Origin: Eledone cirrhosa
Taxonomy: Eukaryota
Assembly: GCA_964016885.1 (NCBI GenBank)
Contig: OZ024740.1
Coordinates: 415,276,001 to 415,340,000, forward strand
Reading direction: 5' to 3'
Length of the DNA stretch: 64,000 bases
The translations under genes were made by a program, and so were the position numbers. Positions within the stretch are counted from its first letter, which is position 1. Each line of letters begins with the position of its first letter. Below are positions 1-12,853 of this stretch, in pieces. Below the pieces are notes generated by a model, which was given only the letters and a program-made list of their open reading frames with translations, ran no database searches and was not told where the DNA came from.

Positions 1-149
1 TGTGGTTATATTAGAATAAATAGTAAAGTTCTTTCCCACAGTTAGGTATTTCTACCTATTATGATGTCACACCTTCTGAGAAAGTGTGTGGCTGATACTT
101 TAATAAAGTTAACTGAAGTAATTAAGGAAAGTATATTACTTATTTATTA

Positions 150-857
150 CAGCAGGGATTTGCATTGGATGAAGCACATCTCTAAAATTGTCAAGAAGGC
201 CGAGGGTGTCTTAGCATCACTCAGCAAGACCTTTGTTAGCCGCTCTCCAGCTATCTATTTAAAGCTGTATATAGCTATGGTGTGGCCACACTTAGAATTT
301 GCATCACCAGTCTGGAACCCTTATCTTGCTCAGAACATTGACCCCCCCTGGAAACTGTTCAGAGACGTGCAACCTAGCGAATACCCTCCATCAGGCATCT
401 ACCATACTCTGAACGCCTTGCTTCCCTGGGCATGGATACATTGAAGCTCAGACGCTTGGCAACTGACTTCGTAAGCACCCACAAAATTATTAACCATCTT
501 GCCAGACCATGTGTCAAACACACGTGGGCATGCCCACAAAGTCAGAAAACAGCACAGCTCCCATGACTTTCGGAAACATTTTTTCACGCTCAGAGTTGCT
601 GAAGTATGGAACAAACTACCTGCATCAGTTGTTAACTGTTGAGACACTGCATCCTTTAAAACCTCCATGCTTCCTGAGATTCACCAACACTACACCTAAT
701 ATTCCCCCTCCATATACATGCACACATGTATATCATGACTCACACACTATTCACTTCCCTGACATTTGTATATTATTCTATGTACTATATATGCACCTTT
801 GATGAGTTGTAGTGCACCTGAGCACTGTACATAATAATTTCCTTATTATTATTATTA
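150..857 (+). mobile_element. CR1/L2-group LINE 3' fragment (decayed)
   Basis: Translation LYIAMVWPHLEFASPVWNPY...HFFTLRVAEVWNKLPASVV resembles the C-terminus of CR1-type ORF2; broken frames; ends in an (ATT)n tail at about 843-857. Confidence 0.7.
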
Positions 858-1040
858 TGGTCTTAATGAAGCTGAGATTTGGATTAAAAATTAACCCTTT
901 TGTTACCAACCTGGCCAGTTAAGATACAAAGCTTTGTTTATATCACTAAAGTTGAACAGATAAGTTTAGAATTAGACGGGTAATCAATGAGAGGAGTTTG
1001 AAACTATATTGTAATGAAGGAGAGGATTGAAAATAAACAC

Positions 1041-1270
1041 TCATCATCATCATCATCATCACCGTTTTACGTCCGTACTTCCACGCTAGCATGGGTTAGA
1101 CGGGTTGTCCTGTTGGGGGCAGTGTCTGGTCGGCTGACCTTGTCTTGCTCATACGGGAACTGATCTGGCTTGATTTCTACAGCTGGATGCCCTTCCTAAC
1201 ACCAACCTTATTTACAGTGAGTGCTGGGTGCTTTTTTGCCATGGTGCCTCCACGACCACTTTGCAGTGGG
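1041..1270 (-). mobile_element. RTE 3'-end-derived short repeat with (GAT)n tail
   Basis: Reverse complement matches the 3' UTR and tail of the RTE at 26903-29256 (ggatgcccttcctaacaccaacc, gcatggg, (CAT)n). Related copies at about 5600-5845, 13615-13740, 62905-63070 and 63680-64000. Confidence 0.6.
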
Positions 1271-1311
1271 AGAGGGTGGGTGCATATTGTCAGCACACTG
1301 TGTCACATTAA

Positions 1312-1539
1312 CCCTTTAGTTACCAACCCAGCCAAAACCTGCTCTGGTTCTATGAAATAAAGTCAACCATTTTAAAGTTTTCCAATTTAAATTAAAATGT
1401 CCCACCATAATTTTATATAAAAACCTTACATTAAATTACTGTCTTAGTAATGAAATAATTAATAATTTTAGTAAATCCTGCAAAATTCTTCTTTAATTAA
1501 AATAGAGTGTAGTTCATTAGAAATGTGGTCATTAAAGGA
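1312..1539. mobile_element. piggyBac-like MITE
   Basis: TTAA at 1308-1311 and 1540-1543 flanks imperfect TIRs ccctttagttacc / ggtcattaaagga. Confidence 0.5.
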
Positions 1540-1589
1540 TTAAGGAAATTCATAATGAAAGATGGGGAGGGGAGAGAATATTGGTGCAT

Positions 1590-1945
1590 ACACACACACA
1601 CACACACAAACACACATACACACACACACACAAACACACACACACAAACACACATACAAACACACACACAAACACATACACACACAAATACACACACACA
1701 AACAAACACACACAAACACACGTACACAAACACACACACACACACCCATGCGCACACAAACACACACACACACATGTGCACACAAACACACAAAAACACA
1801 CATGCACACAAACACACATACACACACACACACACACAGACACACACACACACACACAAATGCACATACACACAAACACACACACTCACACAAACACACA
1901 CACAGACAAACACACACACTGACAGACAAAAACATACACATACAC
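1590..1945. repeat. Degenerate (CA)n microsatellite
   Basis: Seen directly; it accounts for the overlapping HT/CV-repeat ORFs. Confidence 0.95.
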
Positions 1946-2033
1946 CATACATATGTGCATATTTCAAAATTATTAGTAAAAACTATTAGAGCTGAAAAGA
2001 ATGAAGAAATGCATAAATCATAGAGAAACTTAC

Positions 2034-2071
2034 CATTTCAACTCTCTCTGTGATACTATAGAGGATGCTAA
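2034..2071 (-). CDS. TMEM104: TMEM104 coding exon 5, (V)SILYSITERVEM; gene continues beyond the left edge
   Basis: tattttcag acceptor and ATG|gtaag donor; 38 nt with phase-1 start matching exon 4. The peptide resembles FEITDRVEMG of vertebrate TMEM104 as recalled. Confidence 0.85.
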
Positions 2072-2738
2072 CTGAAAATAATAGAATTATATATAATGTT
2101 TTTCTTCTGTACTATACATGTAACATGTATGTAAAGGAAATACACATTAGGTGCTTTTTCAAATCTTTATCATCTTTTTCCTATATATAAAGTTGTAGTT
2201 CCTGTCTGTTTATTTGTTTGATTGTTCACAAACTCCTCCTATGATTTTGGAGATAGAGCCCCATAACCATATATATTCTGAAACTACATTGCCCAGGGTA
2301 CTTGGATAAGTATATTTCATTTTAATCAAAGGGTTCCCCGGGGGCACAAGTCCCCACTGAAAAATGTTTCCCTTTGATTTATATGAAATTTAAACCATAG
2401 GTAAATGACAAGATATGATGCCTATTTACAACATTTCAGCAAATTTCAATAATATTAAGACACCCTAATAGGGGTTAAGTCCCCTATAGTGAAAATTTTG
2501 GCCAACAGCTAGATCCAATCTAGCTGTTGAAACAGCAGAAGCTCAGCCGTTGAGGTCCTGAATCCTTTATATATATATATATATATATATAACGGCGATG
2601 AATTAGTTTTGCGAGGTTTTTTATATGAAATCGTTTGTCGAAACAAATATTGTTATACTTGGGGAGGGTGATATTTGTGTAATAATATTGCCAGAAATAA
2701 TAACAGAACACACTCACTGTTTGTAATCTGTTAGTTTA

Positions 2739-2772
<34 letters not shown>

Positions 2773-2780
<8 letters not shown>

Positions 2781-2917
2781 TAAAATAACAGATTAAAGTT
2801 TAAGCAAAGAATCGCTGCTTTCACCCTTAACGGGATCTTCTGAAACTCAGAAGATCCCGTTAAGGGTGAAAGCAGCGATTCTTTGCTTAAACTTTAATCT
2901 GTTATTTTAATAAATAT
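2773..2917. repeat. Perfect palindrome with 71-bp arms and a 3-nt loop
   Basis: 2773-2843 is the reverse complement of 2847-2917; loop AAC; abuts (TA)n. Confidence 0.9.
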
Positions 2918-3030
2918 TTGCTCTACAGTTCTTATATATATTTATCCTTATCGAGCCCTCTTTGGATTTTAGTCTTCAAATTTATTATTATTATATATAT
3001 ACATATATATATACACATATATATATATAT

Positions 3031-3085
<55 letters not shown>

Positions 3086-3088
<3 letters not shown>

Positions 3089-3134
3089 ATGATATTAATA
3101 AATGGAAAGTATATTTATAAAACCATATTTTATT
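3086..3134 (-). mobile_element. Short 3'-terminal remnant of the Penelope-like family found at 6511-12961
   Basis: ataaatggaaagtatatttataaaaccatatttt matches about 6609-6641; abuts (TA)n. Confidence 0.5.
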
Positions 3135-3323
3135 GCGGTGGATTGGCAGTATCGGTAGAGGGTCGGACGCCTTGCTTTGACGCATAGAGTTACGGCCCTT
3201 GCCATTCTGAGTTCAAATCCCGCCAAGGTTAACTTTGCCTTTCATCCTTACGGGGTCGATAAAATAAAGTACCAGTAATACACTGGGTAATTGCTGGCCT
3301 TGTGCCAAAAGTAAAAACAATTA
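3135..3323 (+). mobile_element. tRNA-derived SINE, family A
   Basis: A-box-like tggcagtatcgg, B-box gagttcaaatccc, conserved core gcctttcatccttacggggtcgataaaataaagtaccag, and AATT tail; many copies in the window. Confidence 0.85.
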
Positions 3324-4130
3324 TACATATTTCAAGGGTACCAAAAAAATCTGTAGAGTGCTTCGAATCTGTTATAATAAATAAATTTGTTGAATTACCA
3401 GCAAATTAATTATCTCATTGCTTATATATATATATATATGAATTTTCATAAAATTGTAGGAGTCTCAGCACGGCGGTGGGGGTCTGTGAACAGCTGATTG
3501 CTATATGTACAGTAAAAAGTCGGGTTAAAATATTATCACATATTGGGCAGAAGAATGGCGAGAGGGAGAGAATGGGAGAAAGAGAGTCTAAAGTATGAAA
3601 TGAGAGAGAGAGAGAAGAGAAGAAGATATATATATATATAAATGGTAGTTGTCTGTGTGTGTGAGTCTGCCTTGTACTCAGAAACCAAACACCCACAAGA
3701 CCACATATGTTATGGTTCCAAACAGATAATGGTAACAAATATGAAACTTTAATTTATATTAAATTTAATAGTTTATGTTTCCATAGTCATATAACAAGAT
3801 GTGTCAATACACATCAGATTTTTCCACTAACTGGAGCAGTTGTGTCAACCTCAACCTATTGTCAAATTAATAGTTGATCATCTGTGATGACACTGGTGTT
3901 CATGACACTGAGGTCATCTAATTAAACTGATGATCGTTGTATGAGCTACTGCTTACTATGAGACAAGCAAGATTTCTATTGAGCCTTACTCCTCTAGATC
4001 TGACCTGTTCTGCTAGACTATCCTATTGTAGCCATATCAGAGGCACCTTGTGTAGGATGTCACTTTTCACCACACTAATACAAATGTTTATAAAAAAATA
4101 AAATTAAAAAAATCTATGAAAATTCTTCAC

Positions 4131-4212
4131 CATTATCATCATCAATAGGTTCTTCCTCCAAAAGTGGTTGCTCTTCCTGGTTCTCATAGACAAGCACATC
4201 TTTCTTACGTCT
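4131..4212 (-). CDS. TMEM104: TMEM104 coding exon 4, RRKKDVLVYENQEEQPLLEEEPIDDDN
   Basis: ttattatag acceptor and G|gtgaag donor; 82 nt, phase 0 to phase 1, fitting exons 3 and 5; acidic loop with ExxxLL. Confidence 0.8.
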
Positions 4213-4575
4213 CTATAATATAATATTAAAAAAGACATTAGCAAATATATAGCTATGCAGGTCACCTCTCAGCTCTTCATCTTCATACATGAAATATATC
4301 TGGAGTCATTAATGAAAATATCACTGAAATATTTTGTCAACTTTATGGCTTATAGCTTGACTCAAACCCAGATCTTGAGGTTTTAACACGCTAAGTAAGC
4401 TCTACAATGTACCCCCCCCCCCCCTCCAATATGCAGCCATTCTCCAAAATAAAATTATTTCAACTTATAGTTTGGTAAGTTGATGAACCTAGTTTTTGAC
4501 TAGAAAGAAAAATTACTAAGCCTGCATTTTCCAGTGCACTGTCCACACTCACCTGTGCCAAATCATGTGACATTG

Positions 4576-4760
4576 GTGGATTGGCAGTATGGGTAGAGGG
4601 TCGGACGCCATGCTTTCTAGCATAGTTACATCCCTTTACAGACTGAGTTCAAATCCCACCGAGGTTAACTTTGCCTTTCATCCTTACGGGGTCGATAAAA
4701 TAAAGTACCAGTAATGCACTGAAAAATTGCTGGCCTTGTGCCAAATGTAGAAACAATTAT
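4576..4760 (+). mobile_element. SINE family A copy
   Basis: Same head, core and tail as 3135-3323. Confidence 0.85.
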
Positions 4761-5887
4761 ATGATCCTTTCAGCTGTTTTGGATATTTCTACAATGATGT
4801 TATGCAGCAAAGATATTTAGCAATTTATTTATTTATCTTGGGAAATTATATATTTAATTTAATTATACATATTTACATAAAACTGTGATACATTAAAGTT
4901 CAGTAATGTGTCTCTCTGTGATCTGCACTGCTAATGACTGCCTAGCTGGCCTTAATAGTAACACTGGCTTTGGCTGGAGTATAATGAAATATTTAGAAAC
5001 ATCATTGTAAATTATATTAATTAAGTATTAATTAATCATGTTAATTCCCTGGTAAATTGCAATACAAAACTTACAAAATGAGTTAACTGAAGAAAATTAA
5101 ATATAATATATGAAAAACTATATGTTTGTTGTGATATTCTGATAAAATTAAGGTAGAATGACATGTCATCATGATAAATTTGTTCCGGCTAAGCCAACCT
5201 ACAGCTCAATATGCAAATGAGGCTAATCAGCCCATATACATAAGTGTTAAAACTGTATGTTTACACCTATTTGAGTTCCAGCAGGAACGAAGGTAAAGGA
5301 GTGATAACGGCCAGATAACTGTCAGTAACTTCTCTTTGTTTCTGTTGGAACTCAATAGGTGGCGCCTGCTACCACCTTTTAAAATTCATAGCTAAAGACT
5401 TTCATGTTTATTCGTAAACATATCGTATATTATTCAGTATACAAACATTACATAATTATTAATAATATTACAAGGAGGAAACTTTGGTTGTTTAATATTA
5501 CACAACAGAGTATCAATATAACAGATACAGGTAATAACAGGTAATATATCAATATAACAGACAAAGGTAGTACAAATGTTCTTCAGTTTATTCAGAGTCA
5601 TCATCATCATCACCACCACCGTTAAACGTCCATTTTTCCTCGTTAGCATGAGTTAGATGAGTTGTCCAGTTGTCAGACAGGCCAGGTCAAATGATCATAT
5701 CTTGCTCATAAAGAACTGTTTCTGGCTAGGTTTCTACAGTTGGATGCCCTTCCTAATGCCAACCACATTTACAGGGTGGACTGGGTGTTTTTGTTATGTC
5801 ACCAGCACAACCACTTTACAAGGTGGACTGGGACCACTTTACAGTTAATCTATTTTAAAAAACTTCTGAATCTATATTTCAGTTTGT

Positions 5888-6475
5888 ACACGCAGACACA
5901 GACACATATACACACACATACATACACACACACAGGCAGATGCACACACATACACACACAGACAGACACACACATACATACACACACACACAGACAGACA
6001 CACATTCACATGCACATATACACAGACACATACACACACAGACAGACAGACACACACATACACACACAGGCAGACACACACATACATAGATAAGACATAG
6101 ACGGGTATTTAATAAGGAAAGATGTAAAAGTGAGAGAGTAGAAGGTGGAAATGAAATACATACATATATACACACACAGATACATACATATATACACACA
6201 CAGATACATACATATATACACACACAGATACATACATATATACACACACAGATATATACATATATACACAGATATATGCATATACACACAGATATATACA
6301 TATATACACAGATATATACATATATACACAGATATATACATATACACACAGATATATACATATATACACAGATATATACATATATACACAGATATATACA
6401 TATACACACAGATATATACATATACACACAGACATATATATGCATATATACACAGATACATACATATACACACAG

Positions 6476-6510
<35 letters not shown>
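5888..6510. repeat. Compound (CA)/(CAGA) microsatellite, about 20-bp cacagatatatacatata minisatellite, and (TA)n
   Basis: Tandem structure seen directly. Confidence 0.9.
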
Positions 6511-6511
<1 letters not shown>

Positions 6512-9500
6512 GGAAAGTTATATTTAAATTGTTGGGTTACAACTAGTAAATATTTATAACTGATATAAAAGCACTCGACAAATATTTGGAGTATATTTAC
6601 AATATTAAATAAATGGAAACTATATTTATAAAACCATATTTATTTCATTATATATATTTCAGGGATATCATATTAACAATATGCTATGCCTTCCTCAGAC
6701 AAAATACAATATAAACAGTTTTATAGATAAATAGATTCGACATACCGTAACAACATCGACTTGAATTTGAAAAGGTTGATTTGGTAGTGAAAAAATTGTA
6801 CACAGAGAGAAAGAAAGAGAGAAAAAAAAGGAAAGAAAGACAGAAAACGAAGAAAAAGAAGAAAAAGAAGAAATGCATGGAACAAAATAGAGAGATGGAA
6901 AGATAGATAAAGAGAAGAACTTCATGTAAAGAAACAGAAAGAGATATATATATATAGAGAGAGAGGAAATAGAGATAGATACATATATATAGAAAACTGG
7001 GTAGTGGGACGTCTGTTGAATAACGTATCAATGATACATTTATTTATTTATTTATTTATTTAGCTCTAGTATTAATGTAAGGGAGATATATGGAGAGAAA
7101 CCAGCTGTTATATAGAGAGAGAAAAAAATATAGAGAGAGAAAAAATATAGAGAGAAAAAATATAGAGAGAGAAAAAATTTTAAAATATCCAGACACAGGC
7201 GAGGCGTAAAAAACCTCTGTTTTAATGTAGAGGTATTAGTATTTACAAAACCAGCCACTACATTGTAAATATCAGTATTCCTGAATGAGACATGTATCCA
7301 CAATGTGTGAAAATTAATGATCTTATGTTTAGTTTTTTAAAAAAATTCATATGTTTATGTGATAATTACAAACATCTATGTGAATCTACATGATCAACTC
7401 TGCAAACCCTGGGTTCACGGAAAACATTCTCAATGTGGTATAAAAATTTAAGTATACATATATGTGTATATATATACACACAAATATATATAGAGTCAAT
7501 ATTACTATTTCTGTCTTTACTCTACAAGATTATCTATCAAGCAAAAATAGAGCAGGTTTCAATATACTAATAAAAATAAAAATATATCAGAAACAAAACC
7601 AAAAATAACAATAATAATAATAAGTAATAATAAAATAGAAAACTAAAAAATATTACGAAAGAATATTACATATTAAAAATATTACATATTAAAAAATTTT
7701 ACATATTAAAAATATAAAAAATATAAAAAATATAAAAAATATAAAAAATAATTAAAAATAAAAATATTAGGAAATACTACAATAATAAAAATAAAATAAA
7801 CCACAAAGATCAACCCTTCAAAATTAATTGACAATATATTGCCAAGTTCATTATAAACATCAGAGTCAAAAACTATCTATCAAAACGCATCTAGCAAAGA
7901 TCATTTCAAAAAGTTTAGGATGCCCAATTTGGTCTACTTGTGTTCTTATATTTAATATAGAAGTTTATCTAGTGTAACGTTTATTCGAAATATTTGGAGC
8001 ATCAACTTTTAGGGTAGCTTAATTTTTCATGAAGAATGTTTAAATAAAAATAAAAATAAAATTAAAATAAAAAGAATAAAAAGAGGATCAAAGATTTATC
8101 GGCTAGTTTCCCATATAATTATAAATCAAACTAAATATACTACATTTTAAATTTAAATTTATATTTAAACGTTGAATTTAATCTATGTTTGCAACAACTG
8201 AATAAATTTGTCCGTAGATTAAGGGAATTTTTAGATTTTAGTATAAAGAATATCTCCTCTGCGCAGAGGTCACATGTCTCAGAGGATGAATTAAAAGGAA
8301 TCTCTCTTGAGACTATATTCCAAGCCGTCGAATATCTAACGTTATCTAGCTTAAGTTGCCAGAGTACGCCTGATAGTGCCGTTGAAGATTTTTTGCTTGG
8401 ATCTGTGAAAGAATTCTTGTGGTTATTATAGCGAAGTTTAAATTCCGTCGATGTGGAACCGACGTAGTTAAAAGAATTAGAGTCAGTATTAACATTACAA
8501 TTGTATACTATATTTTTAACTAAGCAGTTGTTATTTAACGGACAATTAGATCTATCTCTACAGTTACATTTCTTAACTTGTATATTATTTATGCTATTAT
8601 CACTAGGTTTTAAGTTCCTATTATTTATTCTATTGATATTTTGTGCTAAATTTTTGGTGGATGAGTAGATTAATTTTATTGTATGTCTATTGAAAATTGA
8701 GTGATATCTATGTGTTCTAGGGAAGCGATTATCAAGAGCTTTAAAAAATAGTTTAGCGATGTGGGTTTTAATGTTTAGTGAGAAAGGGGGGGGCAAACCA
8801 AATTATGTTCCTAGTTCTATTTCTTCTTTGGCCTTTGGAATTATTGTAATGCTTTCTATTATAGTTGTTAAGGATGTTGCCGTAATTAAAAAAGTTGTTA
8901 CTTTGTTTAGTTTGTCTATCATTATCTATGTACATAATCTTATCAGCATATCCTGCTCTAGCTAATGCTTCATTGTAGTATTGGGCTTTTTCGTCGAAAA
9001 TCTTTCTATTCGACGAGATCCTAGAGATACGCTTTTGAACAGAGTTTACTATAGTGTTTTTGACAGATCTGGGGTGGTTAGAGTTAAAGTTGACATAGTT
9101 TAAGTTTTCATTCAACTTGTGAAAAGGATAGTGAAGACATGTGTTGAGATTTAATGTTATATCTAGGAAATTGACTATTCTATGGTTGTTCTCAATTTCT
9201 ATTTTAAGATTAAAGTAATTAAAAAATTGTGTAATTTGTTTACATTTTCTATTTAGTTCAGAGTTATTATTATCAATAAGTAAAAGCATGTCATCTCTAT
9301 ATAAACCTCCGGTAGTACCAGGTATTTTCCTATGTAGCGAATTGATTAAAAATAAGCCCACAAGGTCAGTTACCTGAGCTGATTCGGATGATCCCATAGT
9401 AATGTCAAAATTGCTATCTCTATCTGCTCTGGTCCATAGTTGGTCATTAAATTCTATCAAAGTGTTCCTAGCCGATAATATAATATGCATTTCATTGCTA

Positions 9501-9608
9501 GTTAGGTCAGTATGTTTGAATGCGTAATTTAGTGCCTTATTTAGTAGATTAGGGGTAATAGAAGAATAATAGTTAGCAATATCAAGTTGAATAAACTTAT
9601 TATTATTG
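6511..9608 (-). mobile_element. Penelope-like element 1, inverted arm with frameshifted RT/GIY-YIG
   Basis: About 6599-9608 is the reverse complement of 9958-12961 at about 99% by eye. An extra G in the run near 8786-8793 splits the ORF (8768-9769 and 8140-8796). About 90 nt of additional 3' sequence (6511-6598) precedes (TA)n. Confidence 0.9.
6641..6706 (-). ncRNA. Minimal type I hammerhead ribozyme motif (mirror of 12854-12919)
   Basis: The reverse complement contains the same stem I, CUGAGGA, stem II, GAAA, U(AUAU)A, UA core. Confidence 0.7.
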
Positions 9609-11425
9609 GCCTCATACTGAAGGAACTGAGGAAAAAGTACAAGGTAGCAGATAAGGCCGAGCTTGAGAAAATGAATGTCGAAGCATCTTGTATAATGCAC
9701 GAGTTGGAAATTGAGAACAGAACACAACCTTTCGTGCCCAGGAAACCGAAGATCAATATGAAAGATCACAAGAGGAATTTTGAAAATGACTTGCCAGTTA
9801 GATTGATCGCACCATCAAAATCGGACCTGGGCAAATTAAGCAAAAACATTCTTGACAGGGTGATACAGCAAATTAAGAACTTGGATTGTTTATCTAACCT
9901 GAGCTTGTGGAAGGGAACTGGAGAGGTTGTTGAGTGGTTTAAGCAAATTAAATATAACAATAATAATAAGTTTATTCAACTTGATATTGCTAACTATTAT
10001 TCTTCTATTACCCCTAATCTACTAAATAAGGCACTAAATTACGCATTCAAACATACTGACCTAACTAGAAATGAAATGCATATTATATTATCGGCTAGGA
10101 AAACTTTGATAGAATTGAATGACCAACTATGGACCAGAGCAGATAGAGATAGCAATTTTGACATTACTATGGGATCATCCGACTCAGCTCAGGTAACTGA
10201 CCTTGTGGGCTTATTTTTAATCAATTCGCTACATAGGAAAATACCTGGTACTACTGGAGGTTTATATAGAGATGACATGCTTTTACTTATTGATAATAAT
10301 AACTCTGAACTAAATAGAAAATGTAAACAAATTACACAATTTTTTAATTACTTTAATCTTAAAATAGAAATTGAGAACAACCATAGAATAGTCAATTTCC
10401 TAGATATAACATTAAATCTCAACACATGTCTTCACTATCCTTTTCACAAGTTGAATGAAAACTTAAACTATGTCAACTTTAACTCTAACCACCCCAGATC
10501 TGTCAAAAACACTATAGTAAACTCTGTTCAAAAGCGTATCTCTAGGATCTCGTCGAATAGAAAGATTTTCGACGAAAAAGCCCAATACTACAATGAAGCA
10601 TTAGCTAGAGCAGGATATGCTGATAAGATTATGTACATAGATAATGATAGACAAACTAAACAAAATAACAACTATTTTAATTACGGCAACAACCTTAACA
10701 ACTATAATAGTAAGCATTACAATAATTCCAAAGGCCAAAAAAGAAATAGAACTAGGAACATAATTTGGTTTGCCCCCCCTTTCTCACTAAACATTAAAAC
10801 CCACATCGCTAAACTATTTTTTAAAGCTCTTGATAATCGCTTCCCTAGAACACATAGGTATCACTCAATTTTCAATAGACATACTATAAAATTAACCTAC
10901 TCATCCACCAAAAATTTAGCACAAAATATTAATAGAATAAATAATAGGAACTTAAAAACTAGTGATAATAGCATAAATAATATACAAGTTAACAAATGTA
11001 ACTGTAGAGATAGATCTAAATGTCCGTTAAATAACAACTGCTTAGTTAAAAATATAGTATACAATTGTAATGTTAAAACTGACTCTAATTCTTTTAACTA
11101 CGTCGGTTCCACATCGACGGAATTTAAACTTCGCTATAATAACCACAAGAATTCTTTCACAGATCCAAGCAAAAAATCTTCAACGGCACTATCAGGCGTA
11201 CTCTGGCAACTTAAGCTAGATAACGTTAGATATTCGACGGCTTGGAATATAGTCTCAAGAGAGATTCCTTTTAATTCATCCTCTGAGACATGTGACCTCT
11301 GCGCAGAGGAGATATTCTTTATACTAAAATCTAAAAATTCCCTTAATCTACGGACAAATTTATTCAGTTGCTGCAAACATAGATTAAACTCAACGTTTAA
11401 ATATAAATTTAAATTTAAAATGTAG
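9609..11425 (+). CDS. Penelope-like reverse transcriptase / GIY-YIG endonuclease, 5'-truncated but uninterrupted
   Basis: RT motifs QLDIANYYSSI, ITMGS, GLYRDD, NFLDITL, SNHP; linker CNCRDRSKCPLNNNC (CxCx5Cx5C); GIY-YIG IVYNC...YVGST...FKLRYNNH...CDLCAEE...LN. The first ~7 aa of track ORF 9587 come from the inverted arm. Confidence 0.9.
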
Positions 11426-12853
11426 TATATTTAGTTTGATTTATAATTATATGGGAAACTAGCCGATAAATCTTTGATCCTCTTTTTATTCTTTTTATTT
11501 TAATTTTATTTTTATTTTTATTTAAACATTCTTCATGAAAAATTAAGCTACCCTAAAAGTTGATGCTCCAAATATTTCGAATAAACGTTACACTAGATAA
11601 ACTTCTATATTAAATATAAGAACACAAGTAGACCAAATTGGGCATCCTAAACTTTTTGAAATGATCTTTGCTAGATGCGTTTTGATAGATAGTTTTTGGC
11701 TTTATCTGTTTTTGACTCTGATGTTTATAATGAACTTGGCAATATATTGTCAATTAATTTTGAAGGGTTGATCTTTGTGGTTTATTTTATTTTTATTATT
11801 GTAGTATTTCCTAATATTTTTATTTTTAATTATTTTTTATATTTTTTATATTTTTTATATTTTTAATATGTAAAATTTTTTAATATGTAATATTTTTAAT
11901 ATGTAATATTCTTTCGTAATATTTTTTAGTTTTCTATTTTATTATTACTTATTATTATTATTGTTATTTTTGGTTTTGTTTCTGATATATTTTTATTTTT
12001 ATTAGTATATTGAAACCTGCTCTATTTTTGCTTGATAGATAATCTTGTAGAGTAAAGACAGAAATAGTAATATTGACTCTATATATATTTGTGTGTATAT
12101 ATATACACATATATGTATACTTAAATTTTTATACCACATTGAGAATGTTTTCCGTGAACCCAGGGTTTGCAGAGTTGATCATGTAGATTCACATAGATGT
12201 TTGTAATTATCACATAAACATATGAATTTTTTTAAAAAACTAAACATAAGATCATTAATTTTCACACATTGTGGATACATGTCTCATTCAGGAATACTGA
12301 TATTTACAATGTAGTGGCTGGTTTTGTAAATACTAATACCTCTACATTAAAACAGAGGTTTTTTACGCCTCGCCTGTGTCTGGATATTTTTTAATTTTTT
12401 CTCTCTCTATATTTTTTCTCTCTCTATATTTTTTTCTCTCTATATATAACAGCTGGTTTCTCTCCATATATCTCCCTTACATTAATACTAGAGCTAAATA
12501 AATAAATAAATAAATAAATGTATCATTGATACGTTATTCAACAGACGTCCCACTACCTAGTTTTCTATATATATGTATCTATCTCTATTTCCTCTCTCTA
12601 TATATATATATATATCTCTTTCTGTTTCTTTACATGAAGTTCTTCTCTTTATCTATCTTTCCATCTCTCTATTTTGTTCCATGCATTTCTTCTTTTTCTT
12701 CTTTTTCTTCGTTTTCTGTCTTTCTTTCCTTTTTTTTTCTCTCTTTCTTTCTCTCTGTGTACAATTTTTTCACTACCAAATCAACCTTTTCAAATTCAAG
12801 TCGATGTTGTTACGGTATGTCGAATCTATTTATCTATAAAACTGTTTATATTG

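Noticed and set aside
1497-2023. Long HT/CV/YI-repeat ORFs here and at 5.9-6.5, 22.2-23.5, 55.2-55.5 and 57.8-58.1 kb
   Set aside because: Translations of micro- and minisatellites that are open in several frames; no coding signal.
2847-2880. Hammerhead-like CAGAAGA-tccc(gttaa)gggt-GAAA in the palindrome arm
   Set aside because: The core is CAGA rather than CUGA, and no stem III, UH site or stem I can be built.
8768-9769. N-termini of track ORFs 8768-9769, 9587-11425 and 55839-57266 as real protein starts
   Set aside because: They read across inversion junctions, so the first residues are antisense sequence.
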